Source of the DNA: a virus
Taxonomy: Duplodnaviria > Caudoviricetes
DNA length: 64,000 bases
Virus record (IMG/VR): IMGVR_UViG_3300030330_004093
Location: 1-64,000 of that record
Reading direction: 5' to 3' (one strand)
Every line of letters begins with the position of its first letter. Position 1 is the stretch's first letter. The notes beneath the pieces were generated by a model. That model did no database searches and was not told where the DNA came from. It saw nothing but the letters and a program-made list of their open reading frames with translations. This document shows positions 19,001 through 28,294 of this stretch, piece after piece. A program made the translations under genes and the position numbers.

Positions 19001-21391
19001 GGTGGTTCAGCATATGCTTTAGGTCAAAGAACAGCAACAACCTTTGACGGATTCTGGATAACTGAAGAAAATGATGGAACGGTAGGATTATATGATGTTA
19101 GTTATACAGCTGGGACAAGTCACAACTACGAAAATGTATCTAATCAAGTCGATTCAGACTGCTGTAAGGTAATAGATGATGCATTTACCACATATGCTAA
19201 TATGTTTGAACAAGGTGTGGATACTTACCCATCTATTAGTTGGGATAATAATAAAAAGAAATGTGTATACAGAAAGTGCGGTGATAACGGATGTATAGAT
19301 TTAGATGATGTATTAACTACAGAATTAAGCGCTATAGATACTGTTAAAGAATTCGCATCAACATTATCTTCTGAATTAATTGATGTTAAGAATAGAAAAA
19401 CATTAAGCGGCTACCCAACATTAAAAATGTTGTACGATAGATACAATACTCGTTCTGAAGAATTTTGCGGTAATTCAAGCTCAAAATATGATTATTTTGA
19501 TATGGATAAATTCGGACAAACTGTTGGTAATTACTGGATTGACTTAATAGAACAAGTTGTTCCAGCAACAACCATATGGGGGTCAACTTATACATATAAA
19601 AACACAGTATTTGACCAACAAAAATTTGATTATAGAAATAGTAATACATACTTTTGTCTGGACACTCCAAACCCACCAGAACCAGCTTTTGTTTTGGCTA
19701 AAAACGAAACCACATCGTGTTCGTGTCCAACAACACCACTAGATTATGCACCAACACCAGCACTTGAAAAGTGTCAATTTACAGAAACAGCAAGCGTTTC
19801 AGGAAGTGCAGTTGGGCCTGTAATAAGAGGTAGTCAGAATGGAGCTTATGGTTCAAGTGGCACGTACTTCTTTAACGATATATCAAACGAACCATTTCCA
19901 ATAGTACCATTAGACGGTACCACTTCCAATAAAAAGTTAAAAAATGGTGCTGGGGTTGAGTTACCACACGCAATACACGTAAATAGTGGTACTCTATGGG
20001 ATTCAGACGGGTCATCATCACAAGGTAGATTAAATAATGTTGGTATATGGGGTAATATTGGAACTCCCCCTGCCCCTGTTGGTACAGGAATTTGGATTGG
20101 AGTTGTTGACTGTATCGACATACCAGTATCAAAAACTTACTGTATAGGTATTGCAGCGGATGATAGAATGAGATTTTTTATAAATGGTGAGAAAATTTTT
20201 GAATGGAATGTAAATAGTAACACATCAACACACAAGTACTGGAGAGTTTTTGAAATCAAACTTGATTCAGGGTTAAACTCAATAAGAATGGAAGGTTATA
20301 ACGAAAGTAACGTCAAGTCTTTTGGTGTTGAAATATACGAGTCAGACATTACCACACTATCTAATATGACAACTGAACCAGAATTGGCAGCGGTTACTGT
20401 TTTTTCTAGTTTAGATTTATTTAATAATGGTGACGATATATTATTATCTGATGCGACAGGAGTTGGTTATAGTTGTCCAGCTGGTTATGTGTTAACTAAC
20501 TGTAATAGCGGTACTTTAGAATGTACTAAATTTAATGAAGTACCTATAGTATGTAACACCAATAATGGGTTTGCACTACCAGTAACTAATGACACAACTA
20601 ATATCGAACCTTTTTATTACGATGGAGACCCTGTAGTTGACGGTATAGCATCAACATCTGCAATTGTTACACCTGTTGAAGTGCCACCAAGCTCTATTTA
20701 CATAGCTTTAGCTTCAGCAACCAGCAACCAACCATTTAGCTCTACTGGTCAAGTAACTGGGGGTCTTAGAGAATTAGAATATTATGACGGGACAAAGGTA
20801 ACATTAAATCAAGCACCAGGTAGGACACTAACGCAACTAGCAGATGAAATATCAGCTGATTTCTTATTAAAAAATCCTTCTGGTGATGTAGAATTAGTAT
20901 TAACACCTAAACCAAAGATTACTAGTGATGGACTTGGAAACCTTACATTAGACTTAGATTTTGAAATAACCTATAATGTTGTAGCACCTGGTGGAGACTC
21001 AACTTTAGTCTCAGCATCAAATTTAATTAAAAGTATTTATTTTAAAAACGGTACTATAATCAGTACAAACCCAACTGAATTAGCAAAAAACTTTAATGTA
21101 AGATATGAGTTCCCTAATAGTGCAAGTGGTGGTAGTAACTGGGTAGTTAATGAGGCTATTGCTGGAGGACCACCATTTTCTGGATTAGCAAAAGATTACA
21201 CAACAAACGTAATAACTCAAGAACTACCTAAACCTATTGAACCTAATCCTGACGGGACAATTAACTTATCAACAATACAACCATCAATTAACACTTGTAA
21301 CGGTGTTTATATATTAGATAGAAATTGTGATAGTCAATTTTTAGGAACAGTAAAACAAATGGATAATTTAGGTAACATAACTACAATTTAA
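16061..21391 (+). CDS. Very large Cys-rich virion protein (putative receptor-binding/tail appendage) with two PA14-like modules
   Basis: YRLGFAGDDDVRVKVNG and YCIGIAADDRMRFFING (PA14 DD motif), each flanked by CPxGY-type motifs. Confidence 0.72.
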   Translation: MPAICKTKSDYDSLNYTIKEMDNGTVSLFDNTGQPVNEHETKPCCELLGYTFDIENQKCRWAANTNVNELFKVVLNPDGNSSTLFEVEENETCSLEVSFDYLFLFKCDDLITAKAIRNGVTATAGSTLIDNQIKIDNLEAEISTLTNQRDFYQDLVDNHNSPPLVVECMGLTLNNYCLTTQGEIAWNSILDDKDVANVANGTIPSLPSPSSYIKWSGSRGTDTSMYGCDDVNNLISLNDIELASGNPPLIEPTCNYTIFDKKKSDDDLVTNQTAKSDAQAKLDDKINELDLFLTSIGADSSSNSTPVECGEYIDMFENFDTSFTVEVLGPSGTALTTVYEEDLITIGAGNLYSYIDSSSGKTGILISGDTALMPTLEETELFDLSADLCSQIRDTLVTDIFDQYLENNPFPSTEEEKTKIFKKLTEWYQSSWLEYKTVITDESVISLLENEKINISVSINDTCVNFSILLDRIKMNKVCTKVDNVKEFISEPPKFELSRIPDNQKSWLANTTRDYRYSNLKYRGTEYNTNHHKLVVNTKEVDLTLSPARAVEQDVWCYVSDNNCILEGCVSSGETYSAFTCPSGYTLDTDGNSCTKLTTTGVTTSATTYTIGAGVGLTKPVHSLSRGTIFIEDITDKTWPIYWTGTTKDSWVGPYYNSDYLVDSSGNYLNHTGFGSNTFTDGSLDYVSPNAFSGIKSEYGKSNSSIYSGKLNPNILWGGTDGSVSGTPYVNISNTDNAGRLLNASIWSTGLTPSNEWIGVSYCFELTETKVYRLGFAGDDDVRVKVNGKYIFNSTTTPSHDINIHKNFSASYSRTAQSYLVVGVSLPAGKNIIEVEGYNTILGVSGFVLEVYDATEAQLMNMRYETELNSVRVFSTADRIGQTFDLGEESANSCPTGYAYDNCNSASTSCVLIERTFRETEQLDEYCPCPTYPLIAKDYSGTTIELPLTASTTTFSCSGLTTFVDNYSGTTTIQDVEIIKGGSAYALGQRTATTFDGFWITEENDGTVGLYDVSYTAGTSHNYENVSNQVDSDCCKVIDDAFTTYANMFEQGVDTYPSISWDNNKKKCVYRKCGDNGCIDLDDVLTTELSAIDTVKEFASTLSSELIDVKNRKTLSGYPTLKMLYDRYNTRSEEFCGNSSSKYDYFDMDKFGQTVGNYWIDLIEQVVPATTIWGSTYTYKNTVFDQQKFDYRNSNTYFCLDTPNPPEPAFVLAKNETTSCSCPTTPLDYAPTPALEKCQFTETASVSGSAVGPVIRGSQNGAYGSSGTYFFNDISNEPFPIVPLDGTTSNKKLKNGAGVELPHAIHVNSGTLWDSDGSSSQGRLNNVGIWGNIGTPPAPVGTGIWIGVVDCIDIPVSKTYCIGIAADDRMRFFINGEKIFEWNVNSNTSTHKYWRVFEIKLDSGLNSIRMEGYNESNVKSFGVEIYESDITTLSNMTTEPELAAVTVFSSLDLFNNGDDILLSDATGVGYSCPAGYVLTNCNSGTLECTKFNEVPIVCNTNNGFALPVTNDTTNIEPFYYDGDPVVDGIASTSAIVTPVEVPPSSIYIALASATSNQPFSSTGQVTGGLRELEYYDGTKVTLNQAPGRTLTQLADEISADFLLKNPSGDVELVLTPKPKITSDGLGNLTLDLDFEITYNVVAPGGDSTLVSASNLIKSIYFKNGTIISTNPTELAKNFNVRYEFPNSASGGSNWVVNEAIAGGPPFSGLAKDYTTNVITQELPKPIEPNPDGTINLSTIQPSINTCNGVYILDRNCDSQFLGTVKQMDNLGNITTI

Positions 21392-21404
21392 AATATTTAT
21401 AACT

Positions 21405-21647
21405 ATGGCAGTATTAGTAAAAAAATTAATAGGTAAAGTAATAAGTGATATTAAGGGTAGTGTTAATATTGGAAATCTTGGTGAAACCGCTTTTGGTCAC
21501 GAAGATTGGTTTAAGGTTGGTTACTTAGAGGTTTTTTTACAAAACCTTAAAAAGGTAACAAAAAAAACTGATTTAAACAAGACTAGCGACATAGGTTTAA
21601 GTTTTAATAATCAAAAAGAATTTACTAAAAAAGACATATCATATTAA
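21405..21647 (+). CDS. Hypothetical protein
   Basis: 80 aa; TATTTAT motif 4 nt before the ATG; coupled to the next gene. Confidence 0.6.
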   Translation: MAVLVKKLIGKVISDIKGSVNIGNLGETAFGHEDWFKVGYLEVFLQNLKKVTKKTDLNKTSDIGLSFNNQKEFTKKDISY

Positions 21648-23107
21648 TGAGTTACCAAGAAAAAAAATATAATCAAAACGGTAAATTTAACAGAAACTCA
21701 GTTGGTCCAGTACCAACACTTAGTTCTGATATATCAGTATTTAATAGACCATCATATACAATGAGTGGGGCTACTAGTATTGAGTGTTCAAGCGCCACAA
21801 CGATTAATGATGAAAATGTATATGTATTAACTGGCCAAACTGAATTTAATTTAACTTTTGATTTTACTGGTAACACATCATCCTTTATTGACAACAACGC
21901 TAAATTCAGATATAATATACATAAATATGTACCTGGGTTAAATAGATTCAACACTTCACCTATATATTCTTCAGAGTATATTAATTGGTCTGGGTTTAGT
22001 GGTACAAGTGCTTATACAGCAGCAATAACAGCAACCACAATATCACCAGACGGTGAATACATAGTTAAGGGCCAATTTAAACACGATGTAAGTACTGAGT
22101 TTGGAAAAATATTAGGATATGAGTATACGACAGTACCTAGTATTAATGGAGACCCATACGGTATTTATCAATCCGATAAGGATAAATATTTTATAGTATT
22201 CAAAGAAGCAGACACACCAATACTTGCTGATAGTGAAATAAGTAATGGCGGTACATTAAATGGATTAACTGTATCATCTATATTATTAGACGGTACAAAT
22301 ACAGAATTTAATCTACCAGTAAACTTAGGTGATTATTTAATATCATTAAACGGTATCACATTATCTCAAAACAATGATTATACAATTAACGAACTAGAAC
22401 TAGCTGATAATGTTGTTTCTAATTTAAAATTATCTGGACAAACTTTTAGTGGTGACATACTAACATACGCTTACACTAACAGCTTAGAAACTAATAATCT
22501 TAAATCTGATTCATTTGACATAAATTCACCCATTGTCAGTGGGGTTACGGACGGTCAAGGTACAAATACTATTTATTATAATACTACTAAGGGTAAGTAT
22601 GAAATGTATTTGAGTATGACACCTGTAACCAATAACGACATAGGTGTAACTTTAAATGGTGTAACACTAGCTAATAATGTTGATTACTATCAGTCAAATA
22701 CAAACGCAAAGAGGATTATATTTGAAGGTAACTTAATTGTGGGTGATTTATTAACCGCATACTACAACACCAACACAAACATACAAGGTGACCAGTTCGG
22801 TACTGGTGTAACAGTTTCTTGGACAATTGAAAACGCACCAATAAATGACGATGGGTTATTTACGATTCAAATATCAAATGACAATAATTTTACATCTATA
22901 GTATCATCAGGAACTACAAGCTATATTGCTGGTCAAACAAGTTATGGTCAACTTATAAACTTAGTAGGTACGTTTGGTGATAAACAATACTATAGGGTTA
23001 AGAATGAAAAAAACTTTAAAAATTTATGTGGGCAAACCCTCACAACTGAAAAATACAGTGAAACTGTTGAAATAACAATACAAACAAATTTAAATAATTC
23101 GTACTAA
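21647..23107 (+). CDS. Putative tail/virion protein with repeated LNG(I/V)TL...DY beta modules
   Basis: ISLNGITLSQNNDY and VTLNGVTLANNVDY; Fn3-like C-terminus. Confidence 0.6.
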   Translation: MSYQEKKYNQNGKFNRNSVGPVPTLSSDISVFNRPSYTMSGATSIECSSATTINDENVYVLTGQTEFNLTFDFTGNTSSFIDNNAKFRYNIHKYVPGLNRFNTSPIYSSEYINWSGFSGTSAYTAAITATTISPDGEYIVKGQFKHDVSTEFGKILGYEYTTVPSINGDPYGIYQSDKDKYFIVFKEADTPILADSEISNGGTLNGLTVSSILLDGTNTEFNLPVNLGDYLISLNGITLSQNNDYTINELELADNVVSNLKLSGQTFSGDILTYAYTNSLETNNLKSDSFDINSPIVSGVTDGQGTNTIYYNTTKGKYEMYLSMTPVTNNDIGVTLNGVTLANNVDYYQSNTNAKRIIFEGNLIVGDLLTAYYNTNTNIQGDQFGTGVTVSWTIENAPINDDGLFTIQISNDNNFTSIVSSGTTSYIAGQTSYGQLINLVGTFGDKQYYRVKNEKNFKNLCGQTLTTEKYSETVEITIQTNLNNSY

Positions 23108-23161
23108 ACATTTATTTTTTAGTATTTATTATTAAAATAAAGAATAAAGATATTTATAACT

Positions 23162-25327
23162 ATGAGCTACATAATTAACAAAACTAATGCCTTTGTCAAT
23201 ATCAAGTTAACTGAAACTGGTAGACAAAAGTTAGCACAAGGACAATTGAACTTCACATCGTGGGGTATAGGTGATTCTGAAATCAACTATGATAGAGAAG
23301 AATTACACGATACGTATGGAGCAAACGCTTTATACCCTTCACTAACTGGAACTAGCAAGGTATTAAGCCCGTTTGATAGACAACCAGATATAAAATCTTA
23401 TATTACTGCTACAAGTAACAACAATGCAAATCTAAATACTTTAAATGCTTCACAAATCAGCACAATAAAAGCGATTGTAAATAATGAAGCGTTAGAAAGA
23501 GGGTTTTTTAGTGGAAATAGCTCAACTTATACAACATATACAGGTGATACTTATACAAATGGTACAGGAACAGTAGTATCTATTACTGGTGGTACTTCAT
23601 TAAACATAGGCACAGGTACAACATACAGTGTGGGTGATTATATACTAATTAAAGTTGGAAATGATACTGTGGGTAGTTTAGCTTTAAACCAAAACTCCAC
23701 ACCAGTACCACATTTATGGTATAAAATAACAGGTCAAACCACCACTACAAATTTAAACGATACCGTTTTATTAGATAGAGCATTACCTGGTATATCAGCA
23801 GCAACTGCAACATCACAATTCCTTATATATCCAGGGGGTGAAGTATATGGTTCATTTGGCTTTGAAACAACTACACCATATTGGAATAGTAATACTTTAG
23901 ATTTTGCTGGATGTTGTGATGTATCTTGTGGTGACGTACCAGTATTAAATCAAAATTCTGTTTGGTGTGAAAACCTAGCAGGGATGACAGGTACTAGCGT
24001 TGTTAACGGTATAGCATCAACTCCAAATGAAAGCTTTGAGAAGTTCGGGTCTAATGATTATTTAGGTCAGAAGTATCCATACTTTGAAGTTGACTGTACA
24101 GGACAAAGCATAGGTAATGATATTTGTGATAATCCTGGAGAATCGGTAATTGATGACGCACATAAATCAATATCAATACTACACTATACTAATAATACTA
24201 TTTCAAATTATTACGGTGAATTCTTTTTCATTGATGGAGCGAATAGTAAAACATTAAAACTACAATTACCAGATTTAATGTACCACAGAAGAAGTTTCGG
24301 AACTGAATCAGGTACCACTATGGGCATGACATTCATAGCAACTGGGGCTACAAAATTTGTTGGTACATCTGATTTAGAATATGTTGACTTAATAGAAGAC
24401 CCATCACTAGTTAGTGGTACTGAAAAAGTTGTTGGTAGAGTATTCCCACAATTAAAAAGTGTGGTATTAAATGATGACGAAATTGTAGCTGCAACTTCAT
24501 ATAAATCAAATAGAAACTGGACTCTTCCCCCACTTAAAGCTAAACTTGTTGCTTCTGCCAGTGGCGCAACTGGTGGAGTCCTGGCTACAAATAAAACAAT
24601 GTATCTAACATATACATTTGAAAATACTACAGGAACTGGGTTAACTACAACATTACCTTGTCAGTATTATACTAAAATAGAAAATAATACTTCAAGTACT
24701 AAAGATATAGAATTTAACATAGATGGTTTAGATTTATTACCATATATGAGAAAAGAAGAAAAAGGTACATATGACGGCATGGGATTCTCAGCTAGAGACT
24801 TTAAGGTATTATACCAAATAGTTGATGATTCAACCGACAGACCGCTATCAAACGCATGGAAAGTTTACGACTTTACAAGTACAGCAATAACTAGTGGTGC
24901 AACTGAAACAATAGACCCTAAATTACTTGAAATTCAAAACCCAACAACAAATGGATTCTTAATTGACGGAACAGTTTCGGGAGCCTCAACTACTTTCAGT
25001 ATTATTGATTCTTTAAGTATGGCAACTAACGCATCACCTGATAGTCTTCAGTTTGGTGACGAAAGGTTCTTTTATGGTAACCTACAAACTTATATTGGGG
25101 CCACAATATTTAAAACTATATTTAATATAAACATATCTGCTGATGATTTTAAAACAACTAGTAATATCACTAGACCAAATAGCGGTTCAGGTTTAGCAGA
25201 TATCAGAGTAACTGAGGTAGGTATATATGATAGTGATAACGCATTAGTAATGATTGGTAAATTAAGTAAACCAGTTAAATTAACAGCAGGTAATACTGTT
25301 ATGTTAGAATTAGCAATTGACTTTTAA
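23162..25327 (+). CDS. Tail-collar/fibre-attachment-like structural protein (DUF3751-like termini)
   Basis: KLTETGRQKLAQG...GDSE at the N-terminus; VTEVGIYDSDNALVMIGKLSKP at the C-terminus. Confidence 0.65.
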   Translation: MSYIINKTNAFVNIKLTETGRQKLAQGQLNFTSWGIGDSEINYDREELHDTYGANALYPSLTGTSKVLSPFDRQPDIKSYITATSNNNANLNTLNASQISTIKAIVNNEALERGFFSGNSSTYTTYTGDTYTNGTGTVVSITGGTSLNIGTGTTYSVGDYILIKVGNDTVGSLALNQNSTPVPHLWYKITGQTTTTNLNDTVLLDRALPGISAATATSQFLIYPGGEVYGSFGFETTTPYWNSNTLDFAGCCDVSCGDVPVLNQNSVWCENLAGMTGTSVVNGIASTPNESFEKFGSNDYLGQKYPYFEVDCTGQSIGNDICDNPGESVIDDAHKSISILHYTNNTISNYYGEFFFIDGANSKTLKLQLPDLMYHRRSFGTESGTTMGMTFIATGATKFVGTSDLEYVDLIEDPSLVSGTEKVVGRVFPQLKSVVLNDDEIVAATSYKSNRNWTLPPLKAKLVASASGATGGVLATNKTMYLTYTFENTTGTGLTTTLPCQYYTKIENNTSSTKDIEFNIDGLDLLPYMRKEEKGTYDGMGFSARDFKVLYQIVDDSTDRPLSNAWKVYDFTSTAITSGATETIDPKLLEIQNPTTNGFLIDGTVSGASTTFSIIDSLSMATNASPDSLQFGDERFFYGNLQTYIGATIFKTIFNINISADDFKTTSNITRPNSGSGLADIRVTEVGIYDSDNALVMIGKLSKPVKLTAGNTVMLELAIDF

Positions 25328-25338
25328 ATAAAATATAA

Positions 25339-26544
25339 ATGGGATTTTTACAAAACACTGCACAATACGAATTAGTTGCAAAACTAACACCACAAGGTAG
25401 AAGAAAATTAGCAACTAGTTCAAATACACTAATAACTACTTTTAGTCTTGGTGACTCTGATAGTTACTATGTTTCATTATCTGGACTTACTGGAGGTCAA
25501 GTTCCAGCTATATCTGGAAACGGAAATGGTGTTGATTTAAGTAATGGTGGGGCTAACTATATATTAAAGAGTACACTTAATTATAATGCTACTACTGATA
25601 AAAAACCAGTTGACCCAGCATCTATATCAGTTACTAATAGTTTTGAACACGTAGGGTATAAAACAATACAATATAGTGGTAATGGTATAACCCAGAATCA
25701 AATTAATTTAAACGACACACAAACTGACACCCTAACAAACTTATTTTATTCCTTTTCACTACCAACAACAGCTGCAGATTTCAACACATATACAGGGTTA
25801 ACATCTGCTCAAGGTGGTTACTTAGATACCGCATATAGTGGTATAGCTCAAACTAATATATTAGTAATTGGTATTGATGTAAGTCAATATTCAGAACTTA
25901 TAGACGGTAAAAGTATTAAACTAGAAATGGAGACTAGTGCATCAACGTATAATATTTATGGTACATACGAAACAAAAGGCTCTCCATTAACAACTGAAGA
26001 TACTGCAGTGGTAGACTCATCAAGTAGTGTTGGAAAATACGGACCAAACAGAACAATGTTATTTTCTGATACAATACTAAAACCAAATGGTGGTGACGCA
26101 ACTAAAAGCTGGGCCACAGGTTACAGTCAAAGTAAACCATTTAGTGTTAACGGTAAAGAAAGATTTAATGTAACAACTAACGTTAATATAAGTGCAGTTG
26201 CCGACAAACCAGTTGGAGTTGCTTATTTAGATAAAGGGTTCTTAGTTATTACAGAACCTACTATAGTAAATTCTTATAACTCTACATACTCTGGAGCTAC
26301 TGGGACCACAATTACTTTTGATACAGTTAGAAACAAAGTATCTCAATCAATCACATGTATAGCAAATAGAGGTGAATTTGGGGTATCTAACAATACAACT
26401 TGGTCACCTGGGGACACACCAAGAATTACCGAAGTAGGTATGTTCGATTCTAGTAATACACTTATTGCCATAGGTAAACTAAACAAGCCATACGAGAAGT
26501 CGACAGATGATTTTGTAACATTTAATATTACTATAGAATATTAA
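25339..26544 (+). CDS. Paralog of the preceding tail-collar-like protein
   Basis: KLTPQGRRKLA...LGDSD; ITEVGMFDSSNTLIAIGKLNKP. Confidence 0.65.
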   Translation: MGFLQNTAQYELVAKLTPQGRRKLATSSNTLITTFSLGDSDSYYVSLSGLTGGQVPAISGNGNGVDLSNGGANYILKSTLNYNATTDKKPVDPASISVTNSFEHVGYKTIQYSGNGITQNQINLNDTQTDTLTNLFYSFSLPTTAADFNTYTGLTSAQGGYLDTAYSGIAQTNILVIGIDVSQYSELIDGKSIKLEMETSASTYNIYGTYETKGSPLTTEDTAVVDSSSSVGKYGPNRTMLFSDTILKPNGGDATKSWATGYSQSKPFSVNGKERFNVTTNVNISAVADKPVGVAYLDKGFLVITEPTIVNSYNSTYSGATGTTITFDTVRNKVSQSITCIANRGEFGVSNNTTWSPGDTPRITEVGMFDSSNTLIAIGKLNKPYEKSTDDFVTFNITIEY

Positions 26545-26592
26545 GACTTTACATTTGAACAAATTAAATTATACTTAATTAAAATTAGTATA

Positions 26593-27258
26593 ATGGAGTA
26601 TAATGAAGATTTTAACAACAGCCAAAACGGATTTGTTTTAGGGTTAGATGTTTCAACAAAAACAATAGGTATTGCCTTATTTGAAAACACTGGTAAGTCA
26701 GGTAAATTAAAATTATTACATCACGTAACACCTCAAGTTAAACCTAAACCAAAAAGTAATATGCAAACACTTTTTGAAAAGGCTAGAATATTTGAAGAGG
26801 AGTTCCTAAATAAGTATTCAGATATAGGAATAGACAGGGTTATAATAGAAGAACCGCTATTGCGCTCAAATAATGTAAATACCGTAGGTACTCTTCTTAG
26901 ATTTAACGGTATGATTTCTAGGTCTGTTTATGATACGTTGGGTATTGTCCCTGATTTTATATCATCATATGATGCAAGAAAATATGCATTTCCAGAATTG
27001 ATGGGTAAGAGAACAAAGACTAAAGCTGGAAAACCATTTACTGAAGCTCAAATAAAGAAGAAAGAACCCGTACTTTTCGGTTCACTACCCTATGACATTG
27101 ATAAAAAGCAGATTATATTCGACAAAGTGTGTGACTTAGAACCTCAAGTTACTTGGTTATACAAGAAAAATAGAACACTAAAAAATGAAAACTTTGATAT
27201 GAGTGACGCTTACGCTTGTTGTTTAGGGTACATGCAAAAAGAAGGTTTTTGGTTATAA
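26593..27258 (+). CDS. RuvC-like Holliday junction resolvase
   Basis: VLGLDVSTKTIG; VIIEEP; FDMSDAY catalytic acidic motifs. Confidence 0.85.
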   Translation: MEYNEDFNNSQNGFVLGLDVSTKTIGIALFENTGKSGKLKLLHHVTPQVKPKPKSNMQTLFEKARIFEEEFLNKYSDIGIDRVIIEEPLLRSNNVNTVGTLLRFNGMISRSVYDTLGIVPDFISSYDARKYAFPELMGKRTKTKAGKPFTEAQIKKKEPVLFGSLPYDIDKKQIIFDKVCDLEPQVTWLYKKNRTLKNENFDMSDAYACCLGYMQKEGFWL

Positions 27259-27296
27259 TATTTGGAGATTAAATCAATTTTTAATATATTTGTATT

Positions 27297-28253
27297 ATGT
27301 CTCAAATAATATCTGATATATTAAAACAATTCCTAGGTGAACCTTACGAGCATAATGAAGATAAGGGGCAAATGTCATTTGATTGTCCAGCATGTGCTGA
27401 AGATAAAGGTTTAAGTCATGGTGATGGCAAGCACAAATTGGCAGTAAATTACAAGAAAAACAAATTCCAATGTTGGGTATGTAGATTTGACAACAACATG
27501 CATGGCAACGTGCCCAGTCTTATAAAAAGGTACGGTAACAAAAGGATACTAAAGGAATATGAAATAGTAAGACCTTCCGCTAACGACATTAGCTCCATAC
27601 CTAAGTATATTAGACCAGATATTGAACTACCTAAAGGATTTAAAAAGATATCTGAATCTAACTACCAAGATTATAAATACGGTGATGCTTACAGATATCT
27701 AAGAAATAGAGGTATAGATGATAAGTTAATTGAAGAATACAATATAGGATATACAACCATAGGTAAATATCAAAATAGAATTATAATACCATCTTATGAC
27801 GATTTAGGTGATTTAAATTACTTCATAACTAGAGCTTGGTTAAAATCTAATAAACCAAAATATCTAAATCCAGACATACCAAAACAAGAATTTATATTTA
27901 ATGAAAAAACCATTAATTGGGATGGTACAATATATTTGGTTGAAGGAGTGTTTGACCACATAGTGGTCCCAAACTCAATACCATTATTAGGTAAAATCAT
28001 GTACCCGAAATTAAAATCAGCGCTATTTAACAATGCTAAATCAGATATCGTAATCTTACTAGATGATGACGCTAAAGATGATGCCATAACCATATATAAA
28101 GACTTAAATGTTGGTAAGTTATATAATAGAATAAAGAGATGTACACCACCAACAGATACAGACCCATCATTAGTCTTTGAAAGGGAAGGAAATAGAGGGA
28201 TAATCAACCTACTTAGGAGTTCAGAAAAAATATTAGAAAGTAAACTATACTAA
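27297..28253 (+). CDS. DNA primase (Zn finger + TOPRIM)
   Basis: CPAC...CWVC; YLRNRGI; RIIIPSY; KYLNP; LVEGVFD; LLDDDA. Confidence 0.92.
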   Translation: MSQIISDILKQFLGEPYEHNEDKGQMSFDCPACAEDKGLSHGDGKHKLAVNYKKNKFQCWVCRFDNNMHGNVPSLIKRYGNKRILKEYEIVRPSANDISSIPKYIRPDIELPKGFKKISESNYQDYKYGDAYRYLRNRGIDDKLIEEYNIGYTTIGKYQNRIIIPSYDDLGDLNYFITRAWLKSNKPKYLNPDIPKQEFIFNEKTINWDGTIYLVEGVFDHIVVPNSIPLLGKIMYPKLKSALFNNAKSDIVILLDDDAKDDAITIYKDLNVGKLYNRIKRCTPPTDTDPSLVFEREGNRGIINLLRSSEKILESKLY

Positions 28254-28294
28254 GTTTACTCAAAAGTAGTATATTTGTTGATAAACTATTTTTT

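Noticed and set aside
1458-26544. Bacterial contractile injection system (eCIS/T6SS) rather than phage
   Set aside because: Contiguous with phage replication genes, sigma factor, tmRNA and phage-type hypotheticals; no bacterial housekeeping context.
26593-27258. RuvC protein as TnpB/Cas12-like effector
   Set aside because: 221 aa, no zinc finger or REC/WED region; sits with primase in the replication module, so a resolvase.
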